Under the pieces are notes generated by a model. That model had not been told where the DNA came from and made no database searches. It saw only the letters and a program-made list of their open reading frames with translations. A program made the translations under genes and the position numbers. From NCBI GenBank assembly GCA_037190965.1, contig JBBCKI010000045.1, positions 1 through 64,000 of the forward strand: a stretch of 64,000 nucleotides of DNA, in the 5' to 3' direction. The DNA comes from Chthoniobacteraceae bacterium (GTDB lineage Bacteria; Verrucomicrobiota; Verrucomicrobiia; Chthoniobacterales; Chthoniobacteraceae). Positions 9,731 through 18,339 of the stretch are shown in pieces (position 1 is the first letter of the stretch; every line of letters starts with the position of its first letter).

Positions 9731-10843
9731 CTACCCCACCTTGGTCTTGAACTTCATGGCGCAAAGCCAGAAAAGTCCCAGCGACATCGCCGTGAGAATG
9801 GCCAGCGATTGCCAGAACTCCGAAAAGCTGGCTCCACGCAGGATGATCCCACGCATCAGGTCGATGAAGTAAGTCGTCGGCATGACGGAGCCGATGGCAT
9901 AAAAAACCCAGGGCATCGTTTCCCGAGGGAAAATGAAGCCGGAGAAAAACACACTCGGGAGGATGAGCGCCATCGACATCTGAAGCGCCTGCATCTGATT
10001 TTCCGCCCGGGTGGACACCAGAAGCCCGATACTCAAAAGCCCAAAAATGTAAACAACCGTGGAAACCGCCAGTCCCACCAGGCTTCCATTGATGGGCACA
10101 TGAAAGAGAAACCGCATGATGCAGAAAAGGAACGCCGCCATGGCCGAGCCGACGCAAAAATAGGGCACCAGCTTGCCGAGCATCAATCCCCAGCGCGACA
10201 GCGGGCTCACCAACAGTTGTTCCAGCGTCCCGCGCTCCCGCTCGCGCACGACCGCCATCGCCGTGGCAAAGGTGGTGGAGATCTGCAGCACGACACCGAT
10301 CACCCCCGGCACGTAGAAATTCGGGCTTCTCATCGCCGGGTTGTAGAGCATCTGGGGGCGCACCTCCACCGGCACGTTTTTGAGCCCCGACCCGGCCAGA
10401 AGCTGCTGCACGGACTGGGTGAGCGTCACCGCCTGCCCGGTATTGAGCGCGGCGAGCGCCGCCGTGGAACTTGAACCGTCAATCGCCAGTTGAACCCGCG
10501 TGGGGCGACCGGCCCGAAGATCGCGCGAGAACCCGGGCGGAATCTCCAGCCCGGCGTAGGCGTGCCCCTTGCGGATCTCCGCCGCCATCGCGTCGCTGGT
10601 CTCCACCCATTTCGTCACCCGGAAGGTCTCCGTATTCACAAACCGCTCCACCAGGGCGCGGCTCTCCGCCGTGTGCGCCTGGTCGTAGACGACCAGCGGC
10701 ATGTGTTTGATGTCATTGTCGAGCGCGTAGCCAAACGCGATCATCTCCACCAGCGGGGGGAAGAGCATGAAGAAGAGCGTCATCGGATCCCGCAGGACGA
10801 CGATGAACTCTTTGAACAGGATGGCGTTGAAACCGCGAAACAT
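9731..10843 (-). CDS. ABC-2 type exporter permease (YbhR/YbhS-like)
   Basis: 'KEF..LRD', 'YNP', 'VRERERGTLEQLLVSP', 'SGFIFP...MP'. Confidence 0.9.
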   Translation of the reverse strand: MFRGFNAILFKEFIVVLRDPMTLFFMLFPPLVEMIAFGYALDNDIKHMPLVVYDQAHTAESRALVERFVNTETFRVTKWVETSDAMAAEIRKGHAYAGLEIPPGFSRDLRAGRPTRVQLAIDGSSSTAALAALNTGQAVTLTQSVQQLLAGSGLKNVPVEVRPQMLYNPAMRSPNFYVPGVIGVVLQISTTFATAMAVVRERERGTLEQLLVSPLSRWGLMLGKLVPYFCVGSAMAAFLFCIMRFLFHVPINGSLVGLAVSTVVYIFGLLSIGLLVSTRAENQMQALQMSMALILPSVFFSGFIFPRETMPWVFYAIGSVMPTTYFIDLMRGIILRGASFSEFWQSLAILTAMSLGLFWLCAMKFKTKVG

Positions 10844-10942
10844 GAAAGCCCGATGACTTCTGGTGGGATTTTAGTTTGAAACAGAAGCCCACAGGAATCA
10901 AATTCGTTGCGCCCCCATGGCAAACCGTTAACCTTCCCCCTC

Positions 10943-11362
10943 ATGGCACGCCGAGCACGTTCTTCGACCAACCCCGCATGGATTGCGATCGCCTGTCTCC
11001 TTTGCCTTGGCCTGGCAGGCGGTGGTTACTGGATGTATTCCCAAATCAGCGATCCGTTCCGCACCATTCCGCCCCTGCCCGTCACGGCTTATCTGGAAAA
11101 CTCCAATAGCCTGCGCGGAAACATTTACCGTGTAAACGGCACGATTTCCAACCAGTTAGGCTGGTCGCCCGCGACGGGCCGCCTCTATTCGATCGACGTG
11201 GAGGACGCCAATGGCTCCAGCAACAGTTCCGGCGATGTCCTGCCCCTCCTCATCCCTGCCGCCTTCAATTCCACCAACCTTCAGAAGGGACAACGCTTTA
11301 ACTTTGAAGTGGAAGTCGGCGAACGCGGCATCCTCCTGGCCAAAAATCTGCGGAAAGTATGA
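10943..11362 (+). CDS. Membrane-anchored hypothetical protein, possible OB-fold
   Basis: Basic N-terminus, one TM segment, beta-rich C-terminal domain; stop overlaps next start (ATGA). Confidence 0.7.
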   Translation: MARRARSSTNPAWIAIACLLCLGLAGGGYWMYSQISDPFRTIPPLPVTAYLENSNSLRGNIYRVNGTISNQLGWSPATGRLYSIDVEDANGSSNSSGDVLPLLIPAAFNSTNLQKGQRFNFEVEVGERGILLAKNLRKV

Positions 11363-13227
11363 AGCCGTCCCCATCTCTCCTCCTTTTTCTAGCCACGGCG
11401 CTCTGCGCTTCCGCCCAGGTCCCCGATGCCCCGGCGGGCCCCACGGGGCCACTGGCTCCGGCTTCCTCCCCATCCGGTGGCTCCCAGTCGGGAAGCCAAT
11501 CGCAGGGCAACTCACCCATCCAGAACTTTAGCCAGTCGATGCCGGTCTTCAACCCGGCGACAGAGATGTTCTCCTGGAACGGCAAGAACTGGAACATCAA
11601 TGAGAACCGGCTTTTCCAGGCACGTTTTGAGAAGTACCTCAACGCGCCGGAGGAAACCGCCGAGGAGGACCGGAAGTACCAGCAACTTCTCAAGACCATC
11701 ATCGACAAGCTCGCTCCGGCCCACGTCAACACGCAAAGCGTGGACGAAGCCTTCCGCCTCCTTCCGCAGGCCTCCCGGTATGACATTGACGCCCGGCTCT
11801 GCGAAGGAATCGCCGACGCGGTCTATTCCGCCTGGCGCGCGATGAAGAACTCCAAGCGGCTGGTCGAAGCCAACTCCGCGCTGGAGGCGGAACGCAAGAG
11901 CCACGAATGGAACCTGAAGGTAAGCGGAAGGGAAAACCGGCTCAACAATCCTCCCCCCGGCATGAAGGCCGAGGCTCTCGCGGAATGGGTCAAGGCTCGC
12001 CAAACGGAGCGCGATATTGCGCTGCAGCCTTACACATCGCGCTTGGCCGAGGCCCTCGCCACCATCAAGGCCAATCAGGCCAAGAAGGAGCTCTCCGAGT
12101 TGCAGACCAAGATCGAGTTCCAGGCCCTCGCCGTGCAGCTCTTCCTGCAACGCCGCTTCCAGCACGTCCTGATCGCCACGCGCTTCTACCGGGCAGTCTT
12201 CTCGGATGGCGACACCACCCTGCGCGTCGGCAGCGATGCCAAGGATCTTTTTGAGAAGAGCACGGGGAGCCCGCCCACCGTCGTCACCCTCGACGCGATG
12301 GCCAGCGAGGCGATCCGTGATGCCCGCGAAGGGGTGCAGGCTTACGAGTTTCTGATGGCGAAGGAAGAGATGGAGAGCGCCTCCAAGCGTCTTGCGGAAG
12401 CCTTCATGGTGGGCGAATACCTCCCCGACCTGCGTACCCTTTCGCGCGAGAGCAAACGCCGCGCGCTGGAATTCACCCAACAAGCCAGCCAGCTTGTCTC
12501 CGCGTTGGAAGTCAAAGACTACGCCCTTGCGGAAAAGCTCGTAAAGCAGCTCGAAGGCAGCGCCAAGGATTTTGACAACTCCAAGCCGATGGCGGCGATT
12601 GAGACGGCTCGCACCGTCAGCGCGATGCACCTCGCCAAGGCTCGCAATGCCGCCGTAAGCGGAGACCGGGCCACTCTGGAAACCGAACTTCGGTCCGCCA
12701 CGGAGATCTGGCCCCGCAACCCGGCGCTGGCGGAAGTCAGCGGCCGCATCTTCGATTCCGCCGACGTGCAGCAGAAGGCACTGGCCGATCTCGACCAGCT
12801 TCTGACCCAGCGCAACTTCCGGCAGATTTTCGACGATCGCGTCCGCTTTATCGCCGCCGCCGCGCTCTTCCCGGATCGGCAGGAGAAGCTCAAGAAAGTG
12901 CTGGAGGACATGCAGCAGATCGAGAGCGCCGTCATTCGCTCCACGGAAATTGCGCGGCACGGCGATTACGCAGGAGCCTGGGAGAACGTCGAAACCGTCT
13001 TCAAGCAGTTCCCGGAAGACAACAAGCTCAACCAGGTGCGCGCCAACATGACCACGCAGGCGGCCGATTTTGTCCGCACCATCAGGATGGCGCAAGATCT
13101 GGAAGAAAAGGGGCAAACCGGCGCCAGCCTCGCCTGGTATCTCAAAGCTCAGAAGCTTTATCCTGCGAGCGAATTTGGACGGGCGGGGATCGACCGCCTG
13201 GTCAGACAGGTTTTACCCGAGCCTTAG
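11359..13227 (+). CDS. Large secreted alpha-helical/TPR-like hypothetical protein
   Basis: Signal peptide, Ser/Gln/Pro linker, helical/coiled-coil composition, host-like codon usage. Confidence 0.8.
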   Translation: MKPSPSLLLFLATALCASAQVPDAPAGPTGPLAPASSPSGGSQSGSQSQGNSPIQNFSQSMPVFNPATEMFSWNGKNWNINENRLFQARFEKYLNAPEETAEEDRKYQQLLKTIIDKLAPAHVNTQSVDEAFRLLPQASRYDIDARLCEGIADAVYSAWRAMKNSKRLVEANSALEAERKSHEWNLKVSGRENRLNNPPPGMKAEALAEWVKARQTERDIALQPYTSRLAEALATIKANQAKKELSELQTKIEFQALAVQLFLQRRFQHVLIATRFYRAVFSDGDTTLRVGSDAKDLFEKSTGSPPTVVTLDAMASEAIRDAREGVQAYEFLMAKEEMESASKRLAEAFMVGEYLPDLRTLSRESKRRALEFTQQASQLVSALEVKDYALAEKLVKQLEGSAKDFDNSKPMAAIETARTVSAMHLAKARNAAVSGDRATLETELRSATEIWPRNPALAEVSGRIFDSADVQQKALADLDQLLTQRNFRQIFDDRVRFIAAAALFPDRQEKLKKVLEDMQQIESAVIRSTEIARHGDYAGAWENVETVFKQFPEDNKLNQVRANMTTQAADFVRTIRMAQDLEEKGQTGASLAWYLKAQKLYPASEFGRAGIDRLVRQVLPEP

Positions 13228-13407
13228 AACCCGGTTAAGGCACGGAGGTCCGGCGGACTAGATAAACGCAATACCTCGGGAGCGCGCGAATCAATCAGCG
13301 TCCCGAGTAAATATGCGTATAATATCTTCAATTCGCTCCCTCGCCTTGAAGCGACTGGTCATGCGGCCGGCCAGGCGACCGGAGCGGCAAACCCCGGTCC
13401 TGCTCCC

Positions 13408-14517
13408 ATGAACATCGCCAAAGAGGAAGCAGGAGGTGAAGTGGGGACCCGGGCGGAAGGCAAGTCGATCACGATGGCGATGATCGCCAAGGCCGCCGGA
13501 GTTTCCCAGGGAGCCATCTCGTCCTTGCTCAACGACCGCGACTACGGCATCCGGGTGAGTCCCAAAACCCGCGAGCGGGTCTTTCGCGTTTGCCGCGAGA
13601 TGCACTACATCCCCAACGACCTTCGGGCGCTCGTGCGAATGTACCCGGAGAAAGGCGATCTTTGCCTCCTGGTGGAGGAAGCTCCCGGGCTGGAAGACCC
13701 TCTGGCTGATCGCTTCGCCAAGGCGCTCCTGCGCGAGTACCCGGAGCACCACGTCACCGTCGCCTTTTACGATCACGCCACCGATTATACCGACCCGGAG
13801 AGCATGCCGGAACCGGTGCGGACCGGAGTCGCCTCCCGTTTTATTACCCTCGGCGCGCCGAATCCCTCCCTCTTCGCCAACATCGCGGCGCGGGAACTCG
13901 CCGTTGTCCATATCGGCCAGGAGACGCAGACGCCGGGAGTCACGAGCATTCTCCCCGATTACGCGGCTGCCTCGCGCCAAGGCATCGAGTTTCTATTTCG
14001 CCTCGGTCACCGGCAGATCGCGATTCTCTCGGGCCCGTTCGGCTCGACCGACCCGACGGTCATCGAGTTGAACCATGGCGTCCGCGCCGGATACGACGCC
14101 ATCAAGACCCCCATCGAAGCGCAAAACGTCATCTACGGGGATGCCACCTTCGAGCACGGTGCCGCTTCCATCGATCTCCTCTGGGAGCGCCCCCGGAAGC
14201 CGACGGCGCTCTTCTGTTTCAACGATGTCGTTGCGGCAGGTGTCATGCACCGCGCGCAGGAAAATGGGTTGAAAATCCCGCTCGACCTCAGCGTCATGGG
14301 GTGCGGCGACGCTTCCTTCTCCCCCTGGCTGCATCCCCCCCTGACGACCGTTGCCTTCTCCGCCCATGAAATGGCCGCCCAGGCGCTCGCCGAAGTGCAA
14401 CGCCGACTCCGTGAACAGGATTTCACCAGCATACGAAAGATCGGCATCCCCAGCAGCGTGATCGAACGGGCCTCGTGCGCCCAACTGGCAGGGAAGAAGG
14501 TGGAGCGGGTGGGCTAG
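13408..14517 (+). CDS. LacI-family transcriptional regulator
   Basis: 'TMAMIAKAAGVSQGAISSLLN' HTH, 'GHRQIA', 'PTALFCFND', 'PPLTTV', 'ERAS'. Confidence 0.9.
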   Translation: MNIAKEEAGGEVGTRAEGKSITMAMIAKAAGVSQGAISSLLNDRDYGIRVSPKTRERVFRVCREMHYIPNDLRALVRMYPEKGDLCLLVEEAPGLEDPLADRFAKALLREYPEHHVTVAFYDHATDYTDPESMPEPVRTGVASRFITLGAPNPSLFANIAARELAVVHIGQETQTPGVTSILPDYAAASRQGIEFLFRLGHRQIAILSGPFGSTDPTVIELNHGVRAGYDAIKTPIEAQNVIYGDATFEHGAASIDLLWERPRKPTALFCFNDVVAAGVMHRAQENGLKIPLDLSVMGCGDASFSPWLHPPLTTVAFSAHEMAAQALAEVQRRLREQDFTSIRKIGIPSSVIERASCAQLAGKKVERVG

Positions 14518-14520
14518 GAA

Positions 14521-14594
14521 GGTAGCACGCTCGCGCCGTCGAGCGCGGGAGATGATAATGAGTCGAGTTTAGCTCCCATCCCCGCAGGACAGGC
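14521..14594 (-). repeat. Partial copy (3' half, reverse orientation) of the GTAG-REP/REPIN-like element
   Basis: Reverse complement reads GCCTGTCCTGCGGGGATGGG...TCCCGCGCTCGACGGCGCGAGCGTGCTACC, matching the copies at 21.3, 26.7 and 55.1 kb. Confidence 0.7.
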
Positions 14595-14613
14595 ACCTCC
14601 GGGCGTCGAAGAG

Positions 14614-14691
14614 ATTTCGCGCCAAGCTCGCGAAGCCCGCCAAGGTTTAAGCCTCTCGTTCTTGGTGATCTTTCCGCCCTTGGCGCGAGAT
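14614..14691. repeat. Imperfect inverted repeat of the CGCCAAG/CTTGGCG type
   Basis: ATTTCGCGCCAAG...CGCCAAG paired with CTTGGTG...CTTGGCGCGAGAT. Confidence 0.6.
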
Positions 14692-15349
14692 GTTCCTATT
14701 CCGGCCCACAGGTCAGATCCGGTACTGTCTGGGTATTGCGATCGGCCCTTTTTTCTTGTTTTACAAAATTCCGACAGACATTTTTCTACCTGCACAATCT
14801 TCACCCAAAAGAATGACACTCGCACCAAAATGGACCTGGCGATCGAGGTGTTTCTTCGCTGTATCCTTTGTTTTTTGGTTACTCTTCACCTTAGCAACGA
14901 TTTTTCTCGCTACGGCTGTCGCTAATCATATCTCCAAAAATATCAATAAAGATTCCATTATGGCTCTCGTTGTTATCACAGCCATGGGAGTTGGATCTTT
15001 CGTATGGGCACTGGGATTCGCCCGACTGCGCGGTGTAAATTATCATGCTCACTCAGACGGCTCCTTTTTTATCTGGAGAGAACAGCGATCTGGCAAACTT
15101 CGGGAGAGGAAGATTGACCTCACTTCCATTGAATCCTTTTGGTCGATCGGGTCTCCGAGTACTGGCTACTCTTTAGAGATCATAACCAAAGCCAAAACAC
15201 ATCGACTCGGCTTACTACTCTCAAAGAATGACATCTATCAGCTTTTAAAGCTCATCGAACATTCCAAGGCAGAACAAGCAAATGCAGGCAACCAGCGCTC
15301 CGCCGTAGCAGATCCCATCCCGGCTGAGACTTCCGATGAAAATGCCTAA
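14690..15349 (+). CDS. Low-GC membrane hypothetical protein, putative gene cassette 1
   Basis: 2-3 TM segments, AT-richer than flanks, stop TAA lies inside GCCTAAC; true start uncertain (14690 or 14813). Confidence 0.6.
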   Translation: MFLFRPTGQIRYCLGIAIGPFFLFYKIPTDIFLPAQSSPKRMTLAPKWTWRSRCFFAVSFVFWLLFTLATIFLATAVANHISKNINKDSIMALVVITAMGVGSFVWALGFARLRGVNYHAHSDGSFFIWREQRSGKLRERKIDLTSIESFWSIGSPSTGYSLEIITKAKTHRLGLLLSKNDIYQLLKLIEHSKAEQANAGNQRSAVADPIPAETSDENA

Positions 15350-15403
15350 CAAACCGCTGCGACCAACCGCGCTTCGCGCAGTGGCTAAGCTAAATCGTTA
15401 GCC
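15344..15403 (+). mobile_element. attC-like integron recombination site (60 bp)
   Basis: GCCTAAC-AAACC-GCTGCGACCAACC-GCGC-TTC-GCGC-AGTGGCTAAGC-TAAATC-GTTAGCC: R''/L''/hairpin/L'/R' layout. Confidence 0.8.
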
Positions 15404-15406
15404 CAC

Positions 15407-15736
15407 ATGCCACCATTAAATCGCGAGAAAACGACCGCAATAGCGGTTATTTGTTTGCTTGGCCTCGCTTACGTCGGCAGTTATGTGGTGCTATCATCGA
15501 GCGGACGGTTCGAGCCCACCATTATCGGACTCAACGGGGTGAAGCGGTATGGGTGGGCACCGCAAGGATTCGTGACGGGGTTCAAATGGAATCGCACCTT
15601 GATGCTAATCTATTTTCCACTTCATGCTCTCGACGAGCGGTTCTGGCATACCTTTGAGGACTCCTACATGGGCACATATCCTATTCATGAAGTCTCTACC
15701 GAAGATATTTGGGAGGTCTATCGCGCATGGAAGTAA
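15407..15736 (+). CDS. Small membrane-anchored hypothetical protein, putative cassette 2
   Basis: ATG 3 nt after the R' box; N-terminal TM segment; low GC. Confidence 0.65.
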   Translation: MPPLNREKTTAIAVICLLGLAYVGSYVVLSSSGRFEPTIIGLNGVKRYGWAPQGFVTGFKWNRTLMLIYFPLHALDERFWHTFEDSYMGTYPIHEVSTEDIWEVYRAWK

Positions 15737-15764
15737 TGGACCCAACCATACCCCACCACAAAAC

Positions 15765-15833
15765 ACCTAACAAGTCGCCGCTGGACGTCAAAACCGCGAC
15801 GCGGTTTCGCCGCTGCGAGCTCAGGCCTTCCTA
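15765..15833 (+). mobile_element. Degenerate attC-like site
   Basis: ACCTAAC-AAGTC-GC..., perfect inner hairpin AAACCGCG-A-CGCGGTTT, GAGC-TCAGGC, then CTT where GTT is expected. Confidence 0.55.
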
Positions 15834-15849
15834 AAAATAAACGCCACCT

Positions 15850-16506
15850 ATGACAAACGAACAACTCCTATTGAAAGCCACCCGGGATGGTGATCTTGAA
15901 GCGATTAAAAGATTGGTTGAAGGCGGGGCAGATGTAAACAGCCTCGTGGACAACCTATTCCGTGTTGTTGCCCACCCTGGAGCCGGGGACAGAGTAGCCG
16001 TGGTTCGCTATCTTCTAGAGAATGGCGCTGATCCGCACCTCCCGGCCTATGATCAGGCTTCGGCACTGGATTTATGGTCCTATGAAGGAGATGCGTCCGT
16101 CGTTCAGGTTCTGCTTGAGCATCAGGCTGACCCAAATCTGGGATGCGCCCCATCCGGAGAAACGCCTCTTCACTACGCGACATCCAAAGGGCACCTGCCC
16201 GGGAGAACCGAGTGTGTTAAATTACTCCTGGCTGCTGGAGCGGACCCAAACCGAGCTGCAAAGGTGGGCGTCGAGACAACCGCCTATATGCGGGATATTT
16301 GTGTCCGAGGCGAGACGCCACTACATCGCGCTGCGATCCACGGCGATGAACTTATGATCCAACTGCTTTTGGATCATGGAGCCGACCCTAGCGTAAAAGA
16401 TGCGCATGGCGAGTCTCCGCTGTGTTGGGCAAGCCGGGCTCGGCGACCGGATACAATTTTAAGAAAGTTGCTGTACGGCAAGTTTATCGGATCAATGAAC
16501 TGGTGA
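15850..16506 (+). CDS. Ankyrin-repeat protein, putative cassette 3
   Basis: Repeated 'GETPLH', 'LL..GADP', 'GESPL'. Confidence 0.9.
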   Translation: MTNEQLLLKATRDGDLEAIKRLVEGGADVNSLVDNLFRVVAHPGAGDRVAVVRYLLENGADPHLPAYDQASALDLWSYEGDASVVQVLLEHQADPNLGCAPSGETPLHYATSKGHLPGRTECVKLLLAAGADPNRAAKVGVETTAYMRDICVRGETPLHRAAIHGDELMIQLLLDHGADPSVKDAHGESPLCWASRARRPDTILRKLLYGKFIGSMNW

Positions 16507-16543
16507 AGAATAGAGTCGAACAAGGCCAGCCAACGAGACACGC

Positions 16544-16963
16544 ATGCAACAAAGCGATCCACAACTAGGTAAACTGACATTCGACACTGAAATTGGCTGG
16601 TGGGAGGGACGCGCCACCCTACCGTCCGGTACATCGTTTGCGCTCTACGTTCACACACCGTCCGAAAGTGATCAATCGATCACCGAAGCGGCTCGGGCGG
16701 CCTTCGAAAAAATGACGAGTTCAGAAGCTACAGCGCTTCACTTTGCGGCGGAAGAGTTGCTCCCAATTCACAATGAAGTGTGGAGCGAAGGAAAATTAAT
16801 TGATGCAAGGGAGTTTATGCAGAGATTGGTTCCTGCAGCCATTCAGGTCTGGCCGGATGGAGATGCTGAAATATCATTCGATGATGATGGATTATTCTGG
16901 GGCCATGAGGTAGCCGTTCGTTATCGCAACGGCAAGTTCACCGAAGCCGTAGTCCAAGGATGA
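16544..16963 (+). CDS. DUF2262-like protein, putative cassette 4
   Basis: 'F..RL....I', 'FDDDGLFWGH.V.V' C-terminal motif. Confidence 0.65.
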   Translation: MQQSDPQLGKLTFDTEIGWWEGRATLPSGTSFALYVHTPSESDQSITEAARAAFEKMTSSEATALHFAAEELLPIHNEVWSEGKLIDAREFMQRLVPAAIQVWPDGDAEISFDDDGLFWGHEVAVRYRNGKFTEAVVQG

Positions 16964-17013
16964 TAAGTCCCACCAACCTCGCTTCGCGCGGTGACCGAGC
17001 CAGACCGTCAATT
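16961..17013 (+). mobile_element. Degenerate attC-like site related to the one at 15344
   Basis: CACCAACCTCGCTTCGCGCGGTGACCGAGCCAGACCGTCA vs GACCAACCGCGCTTCGCGCAGTGGCTAAGCTAAATCGTTA. Confidence 0.6.
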
Positions 17014-17018
17014 GGCCA

Positions 17019-18326
17019 TCAAACCAACGGCAGGTGCGCAAACTGCCGCCCCAGAATCGCCCGGCTCGATGCCCCAAGACAGCGGTCGAGCATCGTCGCA
17101 TAGACACTCCGGAAATCGACATTGTGAATCAAGTCGCCCCTTTGTAACTCCGTCAGGCTCGGTTGTTCGCCGTAGAGCCCCGGCTTGATGCCTCCGCCCA
17201 TCACGAACATCGGCCCGGCTGCCCCGTGATCGGTGCCGTCGGAGCCATTCTGGGCCACCCTCCGGCCAAATTCGGAAAAGGTCATCAACGTCACCCGCCC
17301 AAAGTTCCCCTGTGCCTGCAAATCCCGGGCAAATGCGGCGAGCGCATCGCCCAGTTCCCCCATCAAGCGCCCGTGACTGGCCAACTGATTATAATGGGTA
17401 TCGAAACCGCCCTGGCTGGCATAATAAACGCGCGTGGGCAGACCGCCCGCGATCATCCTTGCAATGAGACCGAGCGAATTTCCCAGAGCCGTCGCCGGGT
17501 ACTCCACGGCGGAGCGCGTCTTGCGCGAGATCTCTCGCACCTTATGGCTGGAAAGCTGCGCATCAATGGCCACCCTCTGCAGGTAATCGAGCGAATCCAT
17601 CGCCGAGGAGTTCCCATTGCCGACCATCCCGATTGAACCTCCGGAATTTTCGTCGTCAGGGGTGTTGAAATGCGAGAAAAGCGCGTCCCCCTCGCTGCTT
17701 TTCCCCTCCGCTTTCCAACGATACTCCTCGGGGTTGCGGAAAGAGATGCCGGTGGGATCCTTGGCCACGAACGACTGAGGCAGCGTTCCCGAAACCGCCA
17801 TCCCGACCGAGGGGTCAGCTCCTTTGCAGCAACTGTCGAAGTACCTCCCCAGCCAGCCGTACTTCTCGATCTTGTCGGCATCGGAAGCGGTCTGCCAGAT
17901 CTCCGTGGCGCGAAAATGGGAGCGGTTCTGATTCGGGTAACCAACGCCCCGCACAATGGCGAGGTGCCCGTCGTCATAAAGCCCCTTCAGGCCGCCGAGG
18001 GCGGGATGTAGGCCAAGATGCCCATCGAGTTTCAGAATCTGGCCCGCAGGCAACCCGATCACGGGACGGGCGCGATAATAGGCGTCATCGGCATAAGGCA
18101 CCACGGTATTGAGCCCGTCATTGCCGCCCGCCAGTTGAAGAATGACCAGGATCGCGCCATCCTTGCCGGAAACGGCCTGAAGATCGCCCGCGGCTTCGGC
18201 ATCGAGCGCGGCAAAGGTTTTGCGAAGAAAAAGCGGGAGCGTCAGGCTCGCCGCCGCGCCGAACAGGGTCGTGCGGAGAAAGTCGCGGCGCGTGCGGAAC
18301 AACTCGGATTCGTGGAGCGAAGACAT
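17019..18326 (-). CDS. DUF1501 domain protein with Tat-like signal
   Basis: 'TRRDFL', 'QLAGGNDGLN', 'RSHF', 'GGFDTH', 'SEFGR', 'GTDHG', 'DFRSVY'. Confidence 0.9.
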   Translation of the reverse strand: MSSLHESELFRTRRDFLRTTLFGAAASLTLPLFLRKTFAALDAEAAGDLQAVSGKDGAILVILQLAGGNDGLNTVVPYADDAYYRARPVIGLPAGQILKLDGHLGLHPALGGLKGLYDDGHLAIVRGVGYPNQNRSHFRATEIWQTASDADKIEKYGWLGRYFDSCCKGADPSVGMAVSGTLPQSFVAKDPTGISFRNPEEYRWKAEGKSSEGDALFSHFNTPDDENSGGSIGMVGNGNSSAMDSLDYLQRVAIDAQLSSHKVREISRKTRSAVEYPATALGNSLGLIARMIAGGLPTRVYYASQGGFDTHYNQLASHGRLMGELGDALAAFARDLQAQGNFGRVTLMTFSEFGRRVAQNGSDGTDHGAAGPMFVMGGGIKPGLYGEQPSLTELQRGDLIHNVDFRSVYATMLDRCLGASSRAILGRQFAHLPLV

Positions 18327-18339
18327 GGCTGGGTTGCGG

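Noticed and set aside
11512..13116. 534-aa minus-strand ORF and similar long antisense ORFs (e.g. 4686-6101, 32780-34261, 61650-63278)
   Set aside because: They overlap well-supported genes on the opposite strand and have no recognisable domains.
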